A stretch of DNA of 63,578 bases, the filler included, from Octopus bimaculoides (taxonomy: Eukaryota): NCBI RefSeq assembly GCF_001194135.2. It is 6 parts of 6 records of this genome, joined end to end, with 100 filler letters (N's around TTAATTAATTAA, not from the genome) between each part and the next. Parts side by side here need not be neighbours in the genome. Positions count along the whole stretch, not along the records: positions 1 to 25,353 come from NC_069004.1; positions 25,454 to 38,940 come from NC_068989.1; 4 more parts are not named here. One strand, 5' to 3'. A model generated the notes under the pieces. That model did not search any database and was not told the origin of the DNA. It worked only from the letters and a program-made list of their open reading frames with translations. The number at the start of each line of letters is the position of its first letter. Position 1 is the first letter of the stretch. A program made the translations under genes and the position numbers. Below, piece after piece: positions 14,421-28,489 of the stretch.

Positions 14421-14934
14421 TATAGAAAAGAGAAACAAAACAATCGTTATTCTTATGTGTTGATTTAAAACTTCTGTTTTAGCCGAGAAACTACTTTGAA
14501 GAAACTCTCCTTCTCTTTACGTTCTGGTCTCAAGTCCTACCGCGATCAACTTTACTTTTCATCCTTTCGGAATCGATAAACTGAAAAAAGAAAAAAAAAG
14601 AAGAAAAAAAAGAAAAAGCAATCAATTACAAGTGGTCGATGGCATCGATCTATCTCCTTCTCTCAAACTGTTGGCCTTGTGTCAAACATCATAAACCATT
14701 ATTATTGTTATCAGAAGAGTGAGCTGAGAGGATCGTTAGAGCGTCGCAAAAACCTGCCTTTCGGCATTCATTCCGTTGCTTCCTTCATTCTGACATCAAA
14801 TACCGCCGAAATTAGCTTCGTGATTCATCCCATGTTGGAATCGATAAAATAAACTTCTAGTCCATTGTTACGGTCGATGGTATTGAATTATCAACACGCA
14901 CCCCACACCCGGCCAACACAACTGGCCTTGTCTT

Positions 14935-15027
14935 GAAGTTCTTCGTCTTCTTCTTCCTCTTCTTCTTCTTCTTGTTCTTCTTGTTCTTCTTCTTCTTCTT
15001 CTTCTTCTTCTTCTTCTTCTTCTTCTT

Positions 15028-15116
<89 letters not shown>
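14935..15116. repeat. Compound (TTC)n-(TTA)n microsatellite
   Basis: Directly visible. It explains the poly-K/N/F/L ORFs. Confidence 0.95.
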
Positions 15117-15117
<1 letters not shown>

Positions 15118-15339
15118 ATTTTTTTTATAAAACACGTAGTTTGATTCGGCCCCATACATTTTAAAGTCTTCATAAACAATCTTGTGCCTCGAGGGTAACA
15201 TTCTGGGTGCAATTCCATAGTTCTTCATAACCGAAGGGGGTCTTGACCCCCTTACACTTACCATAATGTTAATATAGATACGTGTAGATATACATATATA
15301 TATATGCTTCGGTATATCTTCAGATGTATACATCTGTGT

Positions 15340-15555
15340 GAGAGTGTTTTTGTGTTTGTCTCCTGCCAATGTTTGACAGATGGCGTTGGTTTGTTTACGT
15401 TCCTGCATCATGGCGGTTCTGCATATGTGCTCTATAGAATAAGTACGAGGCTTTAGAGATAAGTACAGAGGTTGATTTTTGTTTTCGATTAACGCCCTAC
15501 CCCGTGTCGTTGCTCTAGCATGGCCGAATTCCAATGAATGAAAGAGTAAAAAGGA
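15340..15555 (+). mobile_element. SINE family A, 3' half
   Basis: tagaataagtacgaggc...ggttgatt...ctctagcatggccgaattccaatgaatgaaag, homologous to 14200-14420. Confidence 0.6.
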
Positions 15556-15853
15556 AAATATTCCTTAATGAAGTAATGCGTTATAACGATAGTTTAACGC
15601 TGCATGAGAATAAAGGAAGACATTTTTTTCCTCCTTCCATCGTTTAAGAAGACGAAATCAAGCGAGGAGATATAATTGACTTGCATTAATCTATATGCTG
15701 TAATGACTTAGACAATAAGTTAATATTAAGTTAATATTATTATATATTCCCTTACCTCATTATTACTTTAGAAATATCAATGAGGCTGATTAGGTGCTGA
15801 TTTAGATAGGAGAATGGTGAGTAGTATGCAAAACCATTAATAACTTTCTTTCA

Positions 15854-15903
<50 letters not shown>

Positions 15904-16144
15904 TTATATACGTATGTATATAAATATAAATATATGCATACACATAAATATATGTATACATATGTTTGTATATTTATGCATATGTTTATGTATATGTTTG
16001 TATATTTACATATATAAGTATGTATATTTGTACTGATATATATATATATATATATACATAATTAAATATCACACTAATATATATAATTGTAAATATATTC
16101 ATATATTTATGTATATACTTATGTATATATATATGTATATACAA

Positions 16145-16188
<44 letters not shown>

Positions 16189-17429
16189 ATATATATGCAT
16201 ATATAAATGTATATAAATATACAAATATACATATGTGTGTATATGTGTATGTATTTATTTATATATATATGTATATATGTATAAGTGGCATGTGTAATAA
16301 AGAAATATATTATGAGATTAAATTATGCTGTATTATCATTTAGAAAACGAATTCTAAGTTTCATTAACACTTATTGTAATTACAGGATAGAAATTGTAAA
16401 TTAAGACGTGATTAAGTATTTTAATATATTAGATTTTGCTTAATTTCTAAAACTTCTAATAGAGTAGGCGAGAAGAAAAAAAGGGCAAAAGTGTAATAAT
16501 TAGAATTCACTAATTAATTAAGTATCATATTGTGGGCTTATGTTATATATATATATATATATATNNNNNNNNNNNNNNNNNNNNNNNNNNNNNNNNNNNN
16601 NNNNNNNNNNNNNNNNNNNNNNNNNNNNNNNNNNNNNNNNNNNNNNNNNNNNNNNNNNNNNNNNNNNNNNNNNNNNNNNNNNNNNNNNNNNNNNNNNNNN
16701 NNNNNNNNNNNNNNNNNNNNNNNNNNNNNNNNNNNNNNNNNNNNNNNNNNNNNNNNNNNNNNNNNNNNNNNNNNNNNNNNNNNNNNNNNNNNNNNNNNNN
16801 NNNNNNNNNNNNNNNNNNNNNNNNNNNNNNNNNNNNNNNNNNNNNNNNNNNNNNNNNNNNNNNNNNNNNNNNNNNNNNNNNNNNNNNNNNNNNNNNNNNN
16901 NNNNNNNNNNNNNNNNNNNNNNNNNNNNNNNNNNNNNNNNNNNNNNNNNNNNNNNNNNNNNNNNNNNNNNNNNNNNNNNNNNNNNNNNNNNNNNNNNNNN
17001 NNNNNNNNNNNNNNNNNNNNNNNNNNNNNNNNNNNNNNNNNNNNNNNNNNNNNNNNNNNNNNNNNNNNNNNNNNNNNNNNNNNNNNNNNNNNNNNNNNNN
17101 NNNNNNNNNNNNNNNNNNNNNNNNNNNNNNNNNNNNNNNNNNNNNNNNNNNNNNNNNNNNNNNNNNNNNNNNNNNNNNNNNNNNNNNNNNNNNNNNNNNN
17201 NNNNNNNNNNNNNNNNNNNNNNNNNNNNNNNNNNNNNNNNNNNNNNNNNNNNNNNNNNNNNNNNNATATATATATATATATATATACACACACTCATACA
17301 TGCATACTTTTATTTTTTATTCGTCTAAACGTTTCAGCCCTAAGGATGTGGCAATGCTGGAGCACTGTAATTACAGTTACCTTTTCAATAGCCACTCTTA
17401 TATGTCGGCCATTTTGTGAAACGGAGGAA

Positions 17430-17655
17430 TTTCGCATTCCTTTGAGTTTCCTGTTTTGATATAGGTTCATCTAGGACCTTGAATAGCACAAAGTCAAGTT
17501 GCCTCTTGAAAGCATCTAGCCCTGCACCAGGAAAATCACCCAGGTTTTTTGGCAAGGTTTTAAATAGGTATTGGCACTTGAATCCCAAATTATTTGTATA
17601 CATGACCATCAATCTAGTCGAACGGCATTCTTTATTTGGAAACACCATGAAAAAA
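17430..17655 (-). mobile_element. CR1/L2-group LINE 3' fragment
   Basis: NNLGFKCQYLFKTLPKNL...LDAFKRQLDFVLFKVLDEP fits the CR1-group ORF2 C-terminal pattern LFNxLP...FKxxLDxxL...PDEP. Confidence 0.6.
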
Positions 17656-18647
17656 TGAACTAACGAAATACTTAAAAATCTAAATAATCACCAAGAGAAC
17701 ATTCGACATTTGACAGTTTTAAAGGATCCTCGCCTTCGTTATACAATACGTAAAATACGTCATCTCACCAATGTATAACGGGTGTAACGATGTGTGGAAA
17801 CAATTGTAATGATGATAAACAAAAAAATGTCGTCCAATCCATTTTCTGCAAAACATTTCTCTTTCTATGTCTCTTTCTGTCACTCTCTCATCTTCTCTCT
17901 CTCTATCTCACTTTATACATACATACATACATACATACATACATACATACATACACACACATACATACATATATACATATATATATACANNNNNNNNNNN
18001 NNNNNNNNNNNNNNNNNNNNNNNNNNNNNNNNNNNNNNNNNNNNNNNNNNNNNNNNNNNNNNNNNNNNNNNNNNNNNNNNNNNNNNNNNNNNNNNNNNNN
18101 NNNNNNNNNNNNNNNNNNNNNNNNNNNNNNNNNNNNNNNNNNNNNNNNNNNNNNNNNNNNNNNNNNNNNNNNNNNNNNNNNNNNNNNNNNNNNNNNNNNN
18201 NNNNNNNNNNNNNNNNNNNNNNNNNNNNNNNNNNNNNNNNNNNNNNNNNNNNNNNNNNNNNNNNNNNNNNNNNNNNNNNNNNNNNNNNNNNNNNNNNNNN
18301 NNNNNNNNNNNNNNNNNNNNNNNNNNNNNNNNNNNNNNNNNNNNNNNNNNNNNNNNNNNNNNNNNNNNNNNNNNNNNNNNNNNNNNNNNNNNNNNNNNNN
18401 NNNNNNNNNNNNNNNNNNNNNNNNNNNNNNNNNNNNNNNNNNNNNNNNNNNNNNNNNNNNNNNNNNNNNNNNNNNNNNNNNNNNNNNNNNNNNNNNNNNN
18501 NNNNNNNNNNNNNNNNNNNNNNNNNNNNNNNNNNNNNNNNNNNNNNNNNNNNNNNNNNNNNNNNNNNNNNNNNNNNNNNNNNNNNNNNNNNNNNNNNNNN
18601 NNNNNNNNNNNNNNNNNNNNNNNNNNNNNNNNNNNNNNNNNNNNNNN

Positions 18648-18701
<54 letters not shown>

Positions 18702-19005
18702 TATATATATATATATATATTTATATCAATATATATACATATATATATATATATACACTTATATACATATATATATATATATATACATATATCTATATAC
18801 ATATATATATATATATACATACATATATATACATATATATACACACATATATATATACATACACATATATATATACATATATACATATATATGTGTATGT
18901 ATATATATATAGAGAGAGAGAGAGGGGGGGAGAGACAGAGAGAGACAGAGAGAGAGAGGGGNNNNNNNNNNNNNNNNNNNNNNNNNNNNNNNNNNNNNNN
19001 NNNNN

Positions 19006-19045
<40 letters not shown>

Positions 19046-19601
19046 GAGGGAGAGAGAGAGAGAGCCGTGTTTATATGTATGCATACACTAAATATATTCT
19101 GCTGCTATTACGTATGTGTGTATATCTGTGAGTCCGTGTACATATGGATGTATCATAGGCTATCCATGTCTTTGTCCTTTGTATAAGTCGCTCCAATTTC
19201 TTTCGCTTATTTGCTAAATTACCGTTAAAATCATCACAAAGTCGTATGTGATTGTATGAAGTATTATTGTTGCAACGAGGCCAGGAGTTTCCTTTGATAC
19301 TTATCAAACGTATTATATCTAAATGGAGGTCAGTCTATTTCAGCAATATTAAAGCATCTACAAAAATACAATATACATAATTAGCCTCACCGTTAGACAC
19401 ATGCATATAGATTTACTACGAAATATATATTTTATGCTGGCATAGAAAAAGACATGCATATACAATTTAGATATGTCTGTATATAATTATATATATATAT
19501 ATATAAAGTTGTACACAGACGCACACACACATACGTATATATATATATACATATATATATGTGTGTGTGTGTGTGTGTGCCTCTGTGTGTGTTGGGATTA
19601 T

Positions 19602-19642
<41 letters not shown>

Positions 19643-19850
19643 CACATATGCACATATATAAAAAGATATGTGTACAAGTAGACATATATATATCGAAATA
19701 TATCGCTGTATACATGTTTACATACACACACAAGCACTTGTATGTGTGTGTTTTGTGTGTATATGTATGTAAGTACATATATGTAAAACATATATATATA
19801 ACTATATATAGGCACTCGTTAGCATACTTGTATTTATGTGTGCACACATA

Positions 19851-19885
<35 letters not shown>

Positions 19886-20705
19886 NNNNNNNNNNNNNNN
19901 NNNNNNNNNNNNNNNNNNNNNNNNNNNNNNNNNNNNNNNNNNNNNNNNNNNNNNNNNNNNNNNNNNNNNNNNNNNNNNNNNNNNNNNNNNNNNNNNNNNN
20001 NNNNNNNNNNNNNNNNNNNNNNNNNNNNNNNNNNNNNNNNNNNNNNNNNNNNNNNNNNNNNNNNNNNNNNNNNNNNNNNNNNNNNNNNNNNNNNNNNNNN
20101 NNNNNNNNNNNNNNNNNNNNNNNNNNNNNNNNNNNNNNNNNNNNNNNNNNNNNNNNNNNNNNNNNNNNNNNNNNNNNNNNNNNNNNNNNNNNNNNNNNNN
20201 NNNNNNNNNNNNNNNNNNNNNNNNNNNNNNNNNNNNNNNNNNNNNNNNNNNNNNNNNNNNNNNNNNNNNNNNNNNNNNNNNNNNNNNNNNNNNNNNNNNN
20301 NNNNNNNNNNNNNNNNNNNNNNNNNNNNNNNNNNNNNNNNNNNNNNNNNNNNNNNNNNNNNNNNNNNNNNNNNNNNNNNNNNNNNNNNNNNNNNNNNNNN
20401 NNNNNNNNNNNNNNNNNNNNNNNNNNNNNNNNNNNNNNNNNNNNNNNNNNNNNNNNNNNNNNNNNNNNNNNNNNNNNNNNNNNNNNNNNNNNNNNNNNNN
20501 NNNNNNNNNNNNNNNNNNNNNNNNNNNNNNNNNNNNNNNNNNNNNNNNNNNNNNNNNNNNNNNNNNNNNNNNNNNNNNNNNNNNNNNNNNNNNNNNNNNN
20601 NNNNNNNNNNNNNNNNNNNNNNNNNNNNNNNNNNNNNNNNNNNNNNNNNNNNNNNNNNNNNNNNNNNNNNNNNNNNNNNNNNNNNNNNNNNNNNNNNNNN
20701 NNNNN

Positions 20706-20740
<35 letters not shown>

Positions 20741-20761
20741 TATGTGTGTGGGGAGTGTGTG

Positions 20762-20814
<53 letters not shown>

Positions 20815-21826
20815 ATATATTATATATGCATTGAATAAAGAATATGAAACGAATTATATTTATATAACACTGCTTGTCAGCATGAAATCATTTCCATATC
20901 TTGCAGTTTTGATATTCTAAGAATAACTAATATATGTTTATAAATATTTATGCTATAATATATATATATATAAAAAAAAAGATTTTCACAGTATACAAAC
21001 ACGCACGTGCTCACATACACACACACACACATGTAAATGCATTCTCATGCGAGTGCACTTACACCTCTATTTATGTGTCGGCTTCTCCCTCTGCGCGTGA
21101 TTTATATACCAATAGGGAACGAAACAGCTTTTCTTTCAAACTTATGTTAATAGCACGACTGTGTTCTATGTTGTTCTTTTTTTTACACTTTTCTTTTATC
21201 AAGCATTTTTATGTTTCGTTTTTAAGGCTTATAGCTTTAGCTTGGAACAATAGCAGTTTTCAAACCCAACAGTTCCATTATGCTCCTAATCGTGTTATGT
21301 TTCCGTATGTCACCCATTGTAGTCACTTTAGAAATAGCGGACGCTGGGATAAATGCTGTGTCTGACATCATTAAGTGTGTTCTAAACAACCCACAAATAT
21401 ACCTAAAGACAGTGCTCCAGAATGGCCGCAAACCAAATATCTGAGACTATGAAAGGAATAAAGGAATACACGTACATATATATCGAAACCAGAATCTAAC
21501 CATCGTGGGTGCCACAGACTAACCCTTCACCACACACATATACATAAATACATATGAAATCAGATAGCATTCGTGGTAGAGAGGCCATTCATTGCATGAA
21601 GGATCAAAATATCTTTGACAGTCTCCATTTATCTCTAGAATTCTTGGTCATTGCTTTGTCGGCTTTCCTTACCTATGCTGCTCTGCTAAAGATAAAGTCA
21701 CAACGGATGAAACATTCTGGGGGTTTCTGATCTCTAACAGAACACAAGGAAAACTCACATACGTTGAAGTTATTGATAGCGACACAGGTAATGAAACCGA
21801 GGTCCTACTAAAGTTAATACACACAT

Positions 21827-21866
<40 letters not shown>

Positions 21867-21989
21867 GTGCGTGTGCGGTCTGTATAGTGTGTGTGTGTGG
21901 GGGGGGGGTGTATGTGTGTCTGCACGCGCGTGTATGTATCTGTCTCTGTGTTATTTATTAACAAGAAAAGTATTGACAGCGACTTCTAC

Positions 21990-22440
21990 GTTTCAGCATG
22001 GATAACAAGCTGGATATTGTCATTCGGGACTGACAAGAACAATTATGTACCGTCATGGAGGTCAGTTGGCCTGCTGATGTGAATATCTCTTTGAAAATCA
22101 AAGAGAATGCGGATAACTATAGACAACTCCTTCGGAACCTCCAAGATTCGATATGTAGATTACAAATTTTTCATTTATACCATTGATAATCGGTGCCGTT
22201 CGTTTTATCAGTAAATGCTTCATAGTCTGAATAATAATGGATTTTCAAAAAAAAGAAAAAGAAATCAACCAGCTTACTCACAATTACAAACATCATATGT
22301 AGGTGGAATAGTAAAAATATGCAAGACATTTCTCAAATTTAAAATGTGACTGTTTTCGTGATCAACATTCCAACGATAGAACTTTGTATGTTAATATCAT
22401 TGTAAGAAACCAGATTCTTCTTCAGATGGAGAATTTAAAT
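21990..22440 (+). mobile_element. RLE-type (R4/Dong-like) LINE: restriction-like endonuclease domain plus 3' UTR, degraded
   Basis: DNKLDIVIRD*QEQLCTVMEVSWPADVNISLKIKENADNYRQLLRNLQ..YKFxFIPLIIGA matches the RLE signature N(R/K)PDI...EVSxPxDxN...K..KY. Contains a stop and frameshifts. Confidence 0.7.
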
Positions 22441-22551
22441 AATTAAAAACAGAAGCAGCATACATACAAACACACATACATACATACAAACATACATACA
22501 TACATAAATACAGACACACACACATATATACATACATAAATGCATACATAT

Positions 22552-22590
<39 letters not shown>

Positions 22591-23271
22591 TATGTGTGTA
22601 CATGTATATGACTCCCATACACTCAAACGTACATGTACACACATACGTACGTTATATTAAAGTCATACCTGTCTACTTACAGCATTATAATTCTAAAACG
22701 TTTTCACGAAGAGTCTTCTTAGTAAGTTGTCGAAGAATTCTTTGGAAGTATGACATCTCCATCTGCTGTCCATTAGAATTATTCTAGTTGTTAGCCATGT
22801 CCCACTTTTGACCACTAGCCAACGGCTTTAAACGGTCAGAAATGGTGACGAAATTCTTCGTTCATTTAATTATTTATTCTAAACGATGTCTTACTTTTTC
22901 TTTTCACTACAATTGTATTATTTTGTTCGTCATGTGACTTGTAATTCTCCATCTGTTTTCTAATTCATAGGATAGTTTACGCATCTTTTTTATCTTTTAG
23001 TGTCCAAGTAATTTGTTATTGCAAAGCATACGATGAGTGTTCAATTCCAGTTAAAGCTATATAATACTGAGCTGTCATATCATTTAGACATTGCTACTAA
23101 TGAAGTTTAATTAAATATAAGTATATCCGAGGTTCGAAACAAATGACAGTGCCCCAGCCTGGTCACGGCCGCCAGCTTAGAATAGACAAAAGATTATAAG
23201 AGTCCATACTGTTAGTTTACAAAAAAAATAATAAATTCAGCCGAAATGAATTATACTTTGTCCACATTAGA

Positions 23272-23405
23272 TGAAGGTGTGAGCGTGTGGTAAGAAGCTT
23301 TCTTGTTAATCACATGTTTCTGGGTTCAGTCCCACTGCGTGACATCTTGGGTAGGTGCCTTCTACTGTAGCCGATTGTGAGTGGATTTGGCAGACAGAAA
23401 CTGTT
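23272..23405 (+). mobile_element. SINE family A, 5' half
   Basis: gtggtaagaagctt...gggttcagtcccactgcgtgacatcttggg...gtgagtggatttggcagacagaaactg, then microsatellites. Confidence 0.7.
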
Positions 23406-23552
23406 TAGAAACTTGTTCTGTATGTGTTATATACAGACAGACAGACAGACAGACAGAGTGAGAGATTTATATTTATATATTTATATATTTTCTCTCTTAA
23501 AATTATTCTATAACAGTTTTCATTGGCTTTTAATAACAATCAGAAGAAAAAT

Positions 23553-23656
<104 letters not shown>

Positions 23657-24324
23657 ACACATGCACACACATGTTTTATATATACATATATGATAAGCAT
23701 CATATACAGATGTGTGTAAATATATATATGTATTTATATGTGTATTTGTATGTGTGTGTGTGTGTGTGAGTGTAATACGTAACATATACACACGGACACA
23801 AATATATAGTGATACATGTAAGCGTATGTACGTATGTATATTTTTGTTTTGTTTATAAAACCTAATTTTAAATGTTGCGAAAGAGGATAACATAAACACC
23901 AACAAAACGTTTAAATCTTTTGTTTGAAAAAAATGGATAAATAAATCTGAAATAAATATATAATTGCATAGCAATATATTTTGTTTTTATTTCCAAGCCT
24001 CAGATTTAAAATTTCGTGTAAATCAAATCAAATAACAATAATAATAATTATATTATACTATTACACCATTATTCTGTTGTTTGTTTTATAGTGAATGCTG
24101 TGGCCAAGCTGGGGTACTGTCAGTAGTTTTACTACATTTGTATTAAGCCTCGCTTTATAGTTGGTATTTCGAGTATGACAGAGTTTGATCTTCTCGCCGC
24201 CATTTATGTTTCTTGCTTTGAATTTGATTCAACATGGAGTCTCAACAGAAGGATATACAGTTCTGTTTTGATAACATCTATATTCAATTCATTTAAGCCT
24301 CTCAAATTCGTAATAATAATAATA

Positions 24325-24556
24325 CTTTCTACTATAGGCACAAGGCCTGAAATTTTGTGGGAGGAGAACAGTCTATTACATCGACTCCGATGTTTAACTG
24401 GTACTTAATTTATTGACCCCGAAATGATGAAAGTCGAAGTTGACCTCGGTGGAATTTGAACTCGGAACCTGCAGGCGGACGAAATAACGCTAAGCATTTC
24501 GCCCGGCGTGCCAACGATTCCGCCAGCTCACCGCCTTAAATAGTTATAATGATGTC

Positions 24557-24600
<44 letters not shown>

Positions 24601-25048
24601 TCATTTCTACTAAAAGTACAAAGCCTGAAATTTGTGGGGAGGGGGAACTAATCGATTACATCGACCCAAGTGTTTTGCTGGTATTTAATTTATCAACCCC
24701 GAAAGGATGAAAGGGTAAGTCGATCTCAGCGGAATTTTGAACTCAGAACGTAAATACCGGACAAAATGACGCTAAGCATTTCGACCGGCGTGCTAACGAT
24801 TCTGCCAGCTCGCCGCCATAAATAACAAAGTTCTTTTCTACTATAGGCACAAGGCTTGAAATTTGGGTATAGCGGGCCAGTCGATTAAATCGACACCAGT
24901 ATGCATCTGGTACTTAATTGATCGACCCCCCGAAAGGATGAAAGGGAAAGTCGGCCTCGGTGGAATTTGAACTCAGCACTTAAAGACAGATGAAATACCG
25001 TTAAACATTTCGCCCGGCATGCTAACGGTTCTGCTAGCTCGCCCCCTT
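24325..25048 (-). mobile_element. Three tandem SINE-B copies (24325-24537, 24604-24817, 24835-25048)
   Basis: Three head-to-tail antisense copies with tRNA-like heads, separated by (AAT)n-rich spacers. Confidence 0.9.
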
Positions 25049-25076
25049 AAATAACAACAACAACAACAACAATAAC

Positions 25077-25142
<66 letters not shown>

Positions 25143-25228
25143 AAGAAGAAGAAGAATTAAATGTATGTGTATAAATATATATATAATAGATATATATTAT
25201 ATATTACATATCTATCTACTTATCTATC

Positions 25229-25282
<54 letters not shown>

Positions 25283-25292
25283 GATCTATCTA

Positions 25293-25353
<61 letters not shown>
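25049..25353. repeat. Compound (AAC)(AAT)(AAG)n then (TATC)n microsatellite
   Basis: Directly visible. Ends at a scaffold linker. Confidence 0.9.
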
Positions 25354-25453
25354 NNNNNNNNNNNNNNNNNNNNNNNNNNNNNNNNNNNNNNNNNNNNTTA
25401 ATTAATTAANNNNNNNNNNNNNNNNNNNNNNNNNNNNNNNNNNNNNNNNNNNN
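25354..25453. other. Artificial scaffold linker 44N-TTAATTAATTAA-44N
   Basis: Identical 100-bp construct recurs with the 12-mer at 25398, 38985, 43736, 53751 and 59765. The 12-mer has stops in all six frames. Confidence 0.92.
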
Positions 25454-25456
25454 CTG

Positions 25457-25837
25457 TGGAGGCGCAATGGCCCAGTGGTTAAGGAAGCGGACTCGCGGTC
25501 AAAGGATCGCAGTTTCGATTCCCAGACCGAGCGTTGTGAGTGTTTATTGGGCGAAAACACCTAAAGCTCCACAAGGCTCCGGCAGGGGATGGTGGCGAGC
25601 CCTGCTGTACTCTTTCACCACAACTTTCTCTCACTCTTACTTCCTGTTTCTGTTGTACCTGTAATTCAAAGGGCCAGCCTTGTCACACTGTGTCATGCTG
25701 AATATCCCCAGAGAACTACGTTAAGGGTACACGTGTCTGTGGAGTGCTCAGCCACTTGCACGTTAATTTCACGATCAGGCTGTTCCGTTGATCGGATCAA
25801 CTGGAACCCTCGACGTCGTAATCGATGGAGTGCCAAC
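25457..25837 (+). mobile_element. SINE family C (tRNA-Arg-like head; possibly OR-type octopus SINE)
   Basis: Box A tggcccagtgg, gactcgc (TCG anticodon-like), box B gtttcgattcc. Highly similar to 61621-62009. Confidence 0.85.
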
Positions 25838-26239
25838 ATCAATAACAGTATCTGTATTCAAATATTGAACCAATCTGATGTTGGCGTACCTGACATACAA
25901 ATATTCTTTTGTCCAGTCTTACGTATTGTGTCTCACCCACTTCTCCCAGAATATACAACTAGCCATTATGTCTAATTCTTTCTCATCAGAACCCCAGTTT
26001 TCTGGAATTTCCACTCGCCCACTTTCATTATTTTGTTCGTTCACGCAGAGGTTAACATACAGATGTCCCAACTAAACATCAACCACATCGATATCGTCAC
26101 CTGGGAGGCAATTCTAGAGAAATTGAAGCACTGCGCTATGTCCTTTTCTCTTGATAAAAACCTTTAAAAGTTCGTTTCACTTTTTTTATAACTATTCTTA
26201 CTCTTTCATTCCAAATCATTATTATTTCTGAATTTTCAG

Positions 26240-26380
26240 AGTCGGAAATATTATGGATATTATTTTAAAGAGGATGGAAAGATACGCCATCAATTTAGAA
26301 GATTTGGTGGAACAAAGAACACAAGCTTTACTAGAGGAAAAGAAAAAGACAGATCGCCTATTATACCAACTGTTGCCAAG
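26240..26380 (+). CDS. Receptor-type (NPR/GC-A-like) guanylyl cyclase, internal exon: signalling helix / coiled coil before the cyclase domain
   Basis: Acceptor ttttcag at 26233-26239 and donor gt at 26381. 141 nt, phase 2 in and phase 2 out. Translation [46 protein letters not shown](R) matches the receptor-GC motif MExYAxNLExLVxERTxxLxEEKxKTxxLLYxxLP. Not in the ORF track. Confidence 0.93.
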
Positions 26381-26924
26381 GTGACAGGATTATTACATCG
26401 CAGAATTCATGTTGTTGTAGACGCTGTTATTTCTTTCGCTGTCGTTGGCGTTGGTGTTGTTGCAAGTTCTATTTTATTTCTTTTGTTTCATTATTATCAA
26501 TGTTCAAATTATTGTGTTAGGGAACGAAACAACAATTAAGACAAAAAAATCTCTCACACGAGCGTTCATTCCAAGCACACGCACATTTATATATACACAT
26601 ACACACATGTATGTATGTATTTCTTAAGGTTATTTCTACAGATATGTATGTATGTCATTATTCAGTTTATTTCAGGATTTCTTGCCAATAGAGAAAGAAC
26701 CGGTTTCTAACCTAGATCCAAGGCTCTTTCACTGGAATTTCAGCATCAATAACAGGGTATTTTTGTTTGTATGTATGTATGTATGTAAGTATGTATGTAT
26801 GTATGCATGTACACATATATACATATGTGTATGTATATATGTATATATGTATATATACATACACATATATACATATATGTGTATGTATATACACATATAT
26901 GTTTATGTATGTATATATACACAT

Positions 26925-27150
26925 AAGGCGGCGAGCTGGCAGAATCGTTAGCACGCCGGGCGAAATGCTTAGCGGTATTTCGTCTGCCGTTACGTTCTGA
27001 GTTCAAATTCCGCCGAGGTCGACTTTGCCTTTCATCCTTTCGGGGTCGATAAATTAAGCACCAGTTACGCACTGGGGTCGATGTAATCGACTTAATCCCT
27101 TTCTCTGTCCTTGTTTGTCCCCTCTATGGTTAGCCCCTTGTGAGAAATAA
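26925..27150 (+). mobile_element. SINE family B, full length
   Basis: Box A-like tggcagaatcg, box B-like gagttcaaattcc, core gtcgactttgcctttcatcctttcggggtcgataaattaag, A-rich tail. Confidence 0.88.
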
Positions 27151-28266
27151 AAAAATAATATACACATATGTATTGCTGTATATACACATATACACATATA
27201 TGTATATGTGCATAAAAATGTATCACAGTGGTGAAACATTACGAACGATTGGTCTTTCATTTGGTTATTTTGTACTTCTCACTTATTTCTAAAAACGACC
27301 GGAATGCTTCATCATGCTACAACAAAAAATTACTTTTCTTTTTTTTCTACAGAGGTGGAGTTACAACTCTTTTACTAAAATAGAAGGCTTTACAAATGAG
27401 TGTTGTTAATTGTGTCAACCAATCAGCCAAGTAGATGCATTTTCTTCATTGCTTAAACAAGTTTTTTCTTATCATCTCTGAGCATCATTTTGTCTCGAGT
27501 CATCCCTAATCCAGCAGAAATACAATCAAATACGTCCCAGTTATCAGTCTCATGACCTTAGATCGATTACTGCATCATGCACTACATTATCCAAGTTTCA
27601 TACTTTTTAATGATCATATGTGATTTGAGGGAGATTTCGCTGTTATTTCTCAAACGATCTCATAGAAGCTTCTTTGCTGGATAGTGTTGATATCTTTTCA
27701 CACTGGTAAAGATCCCCTTGTACGATTTTGAAACTAAAAGTCATTTACTAGCGGGCAAAGAGCCCGCAGTTAAACGTGAGAAAGTTTAATTTGTTTTCAT
27801 ATTGGTAACGGCTCCTTAGATAAATTATGAAGTCTTTTTTCTTTAAACCTTTATCTGCAAAATTAAATTAAACTTCATGGTCGTTCCAATAAAGATGTTA
27901 AATACCCACTATGAAAGAAAAAATAAAATTAATATTTTCTGCAAATCACGTTGCCGTTGTAAACTTGACATATCTAAACAAAGCTAGTTTTCGTCATGAC
28001 ATTCCTCAACAAAAGATATATTGGTATATAAAAATGCTTTCCGCAGCTAAAGGTAAATAAATTTTGATGGATATATTTGATTTCCGCATTAAAAGGGTTA
28101 AATCGGTAAACATCCCTCACTTACATGTAAAATACCCAGTTTTGCGAGCACTGCGTATATATCTACCCATTCTTCATTTCATAATAAAAATAAAACGTTT
28201 TAGATTTTGGTTAATGAAAATTTACACGTTGATTGTTATATTTATTGACAATATTTTACATATGTT

Positions 28267-28480
28267 AAGGCAGTGAGCTAGCAGAATCGTTAGCACGCCA
28301 GGCAAAATGCTTAGCGGCATTTCGCCCGTCATTACATTCTGAGTTCAAATTCCGCCGGGTCGACTTTGCTTTTATCCTTTCGGGGTCGATAAAATAAGTG
28401 TTAGCTGAACGCTGGCGTTGATGTAATCGACTTAGCCCCTCCCCCGAAATTACTGACCTTGAGCCAAAATCTGAAAACAA
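28267..28480 (+). mobile_element. SINE family B
   Basis: Homologous to 26925-27150, with the alternative 3' tail (cccctcccccgaaattactgaccttgagccaaaatctgaaaac). Confidence 0.82.
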
Positions 28481-28489
28481 TGTTTTACA

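Noticed and set aside
24325-25048. Regularly spaced ~210-bp repeats suggestive of an array
   Set aside because: Units are diverged SINE copies with Pol III boxes in a eukaryotic context; not CRISPR.
25457-25540. tRNA-like sequence (also 61621-61700)
   Set aside because: It is the head of SINE-C: no complete cloverleaf, and it continues into a shared ~300-bp SINE body.
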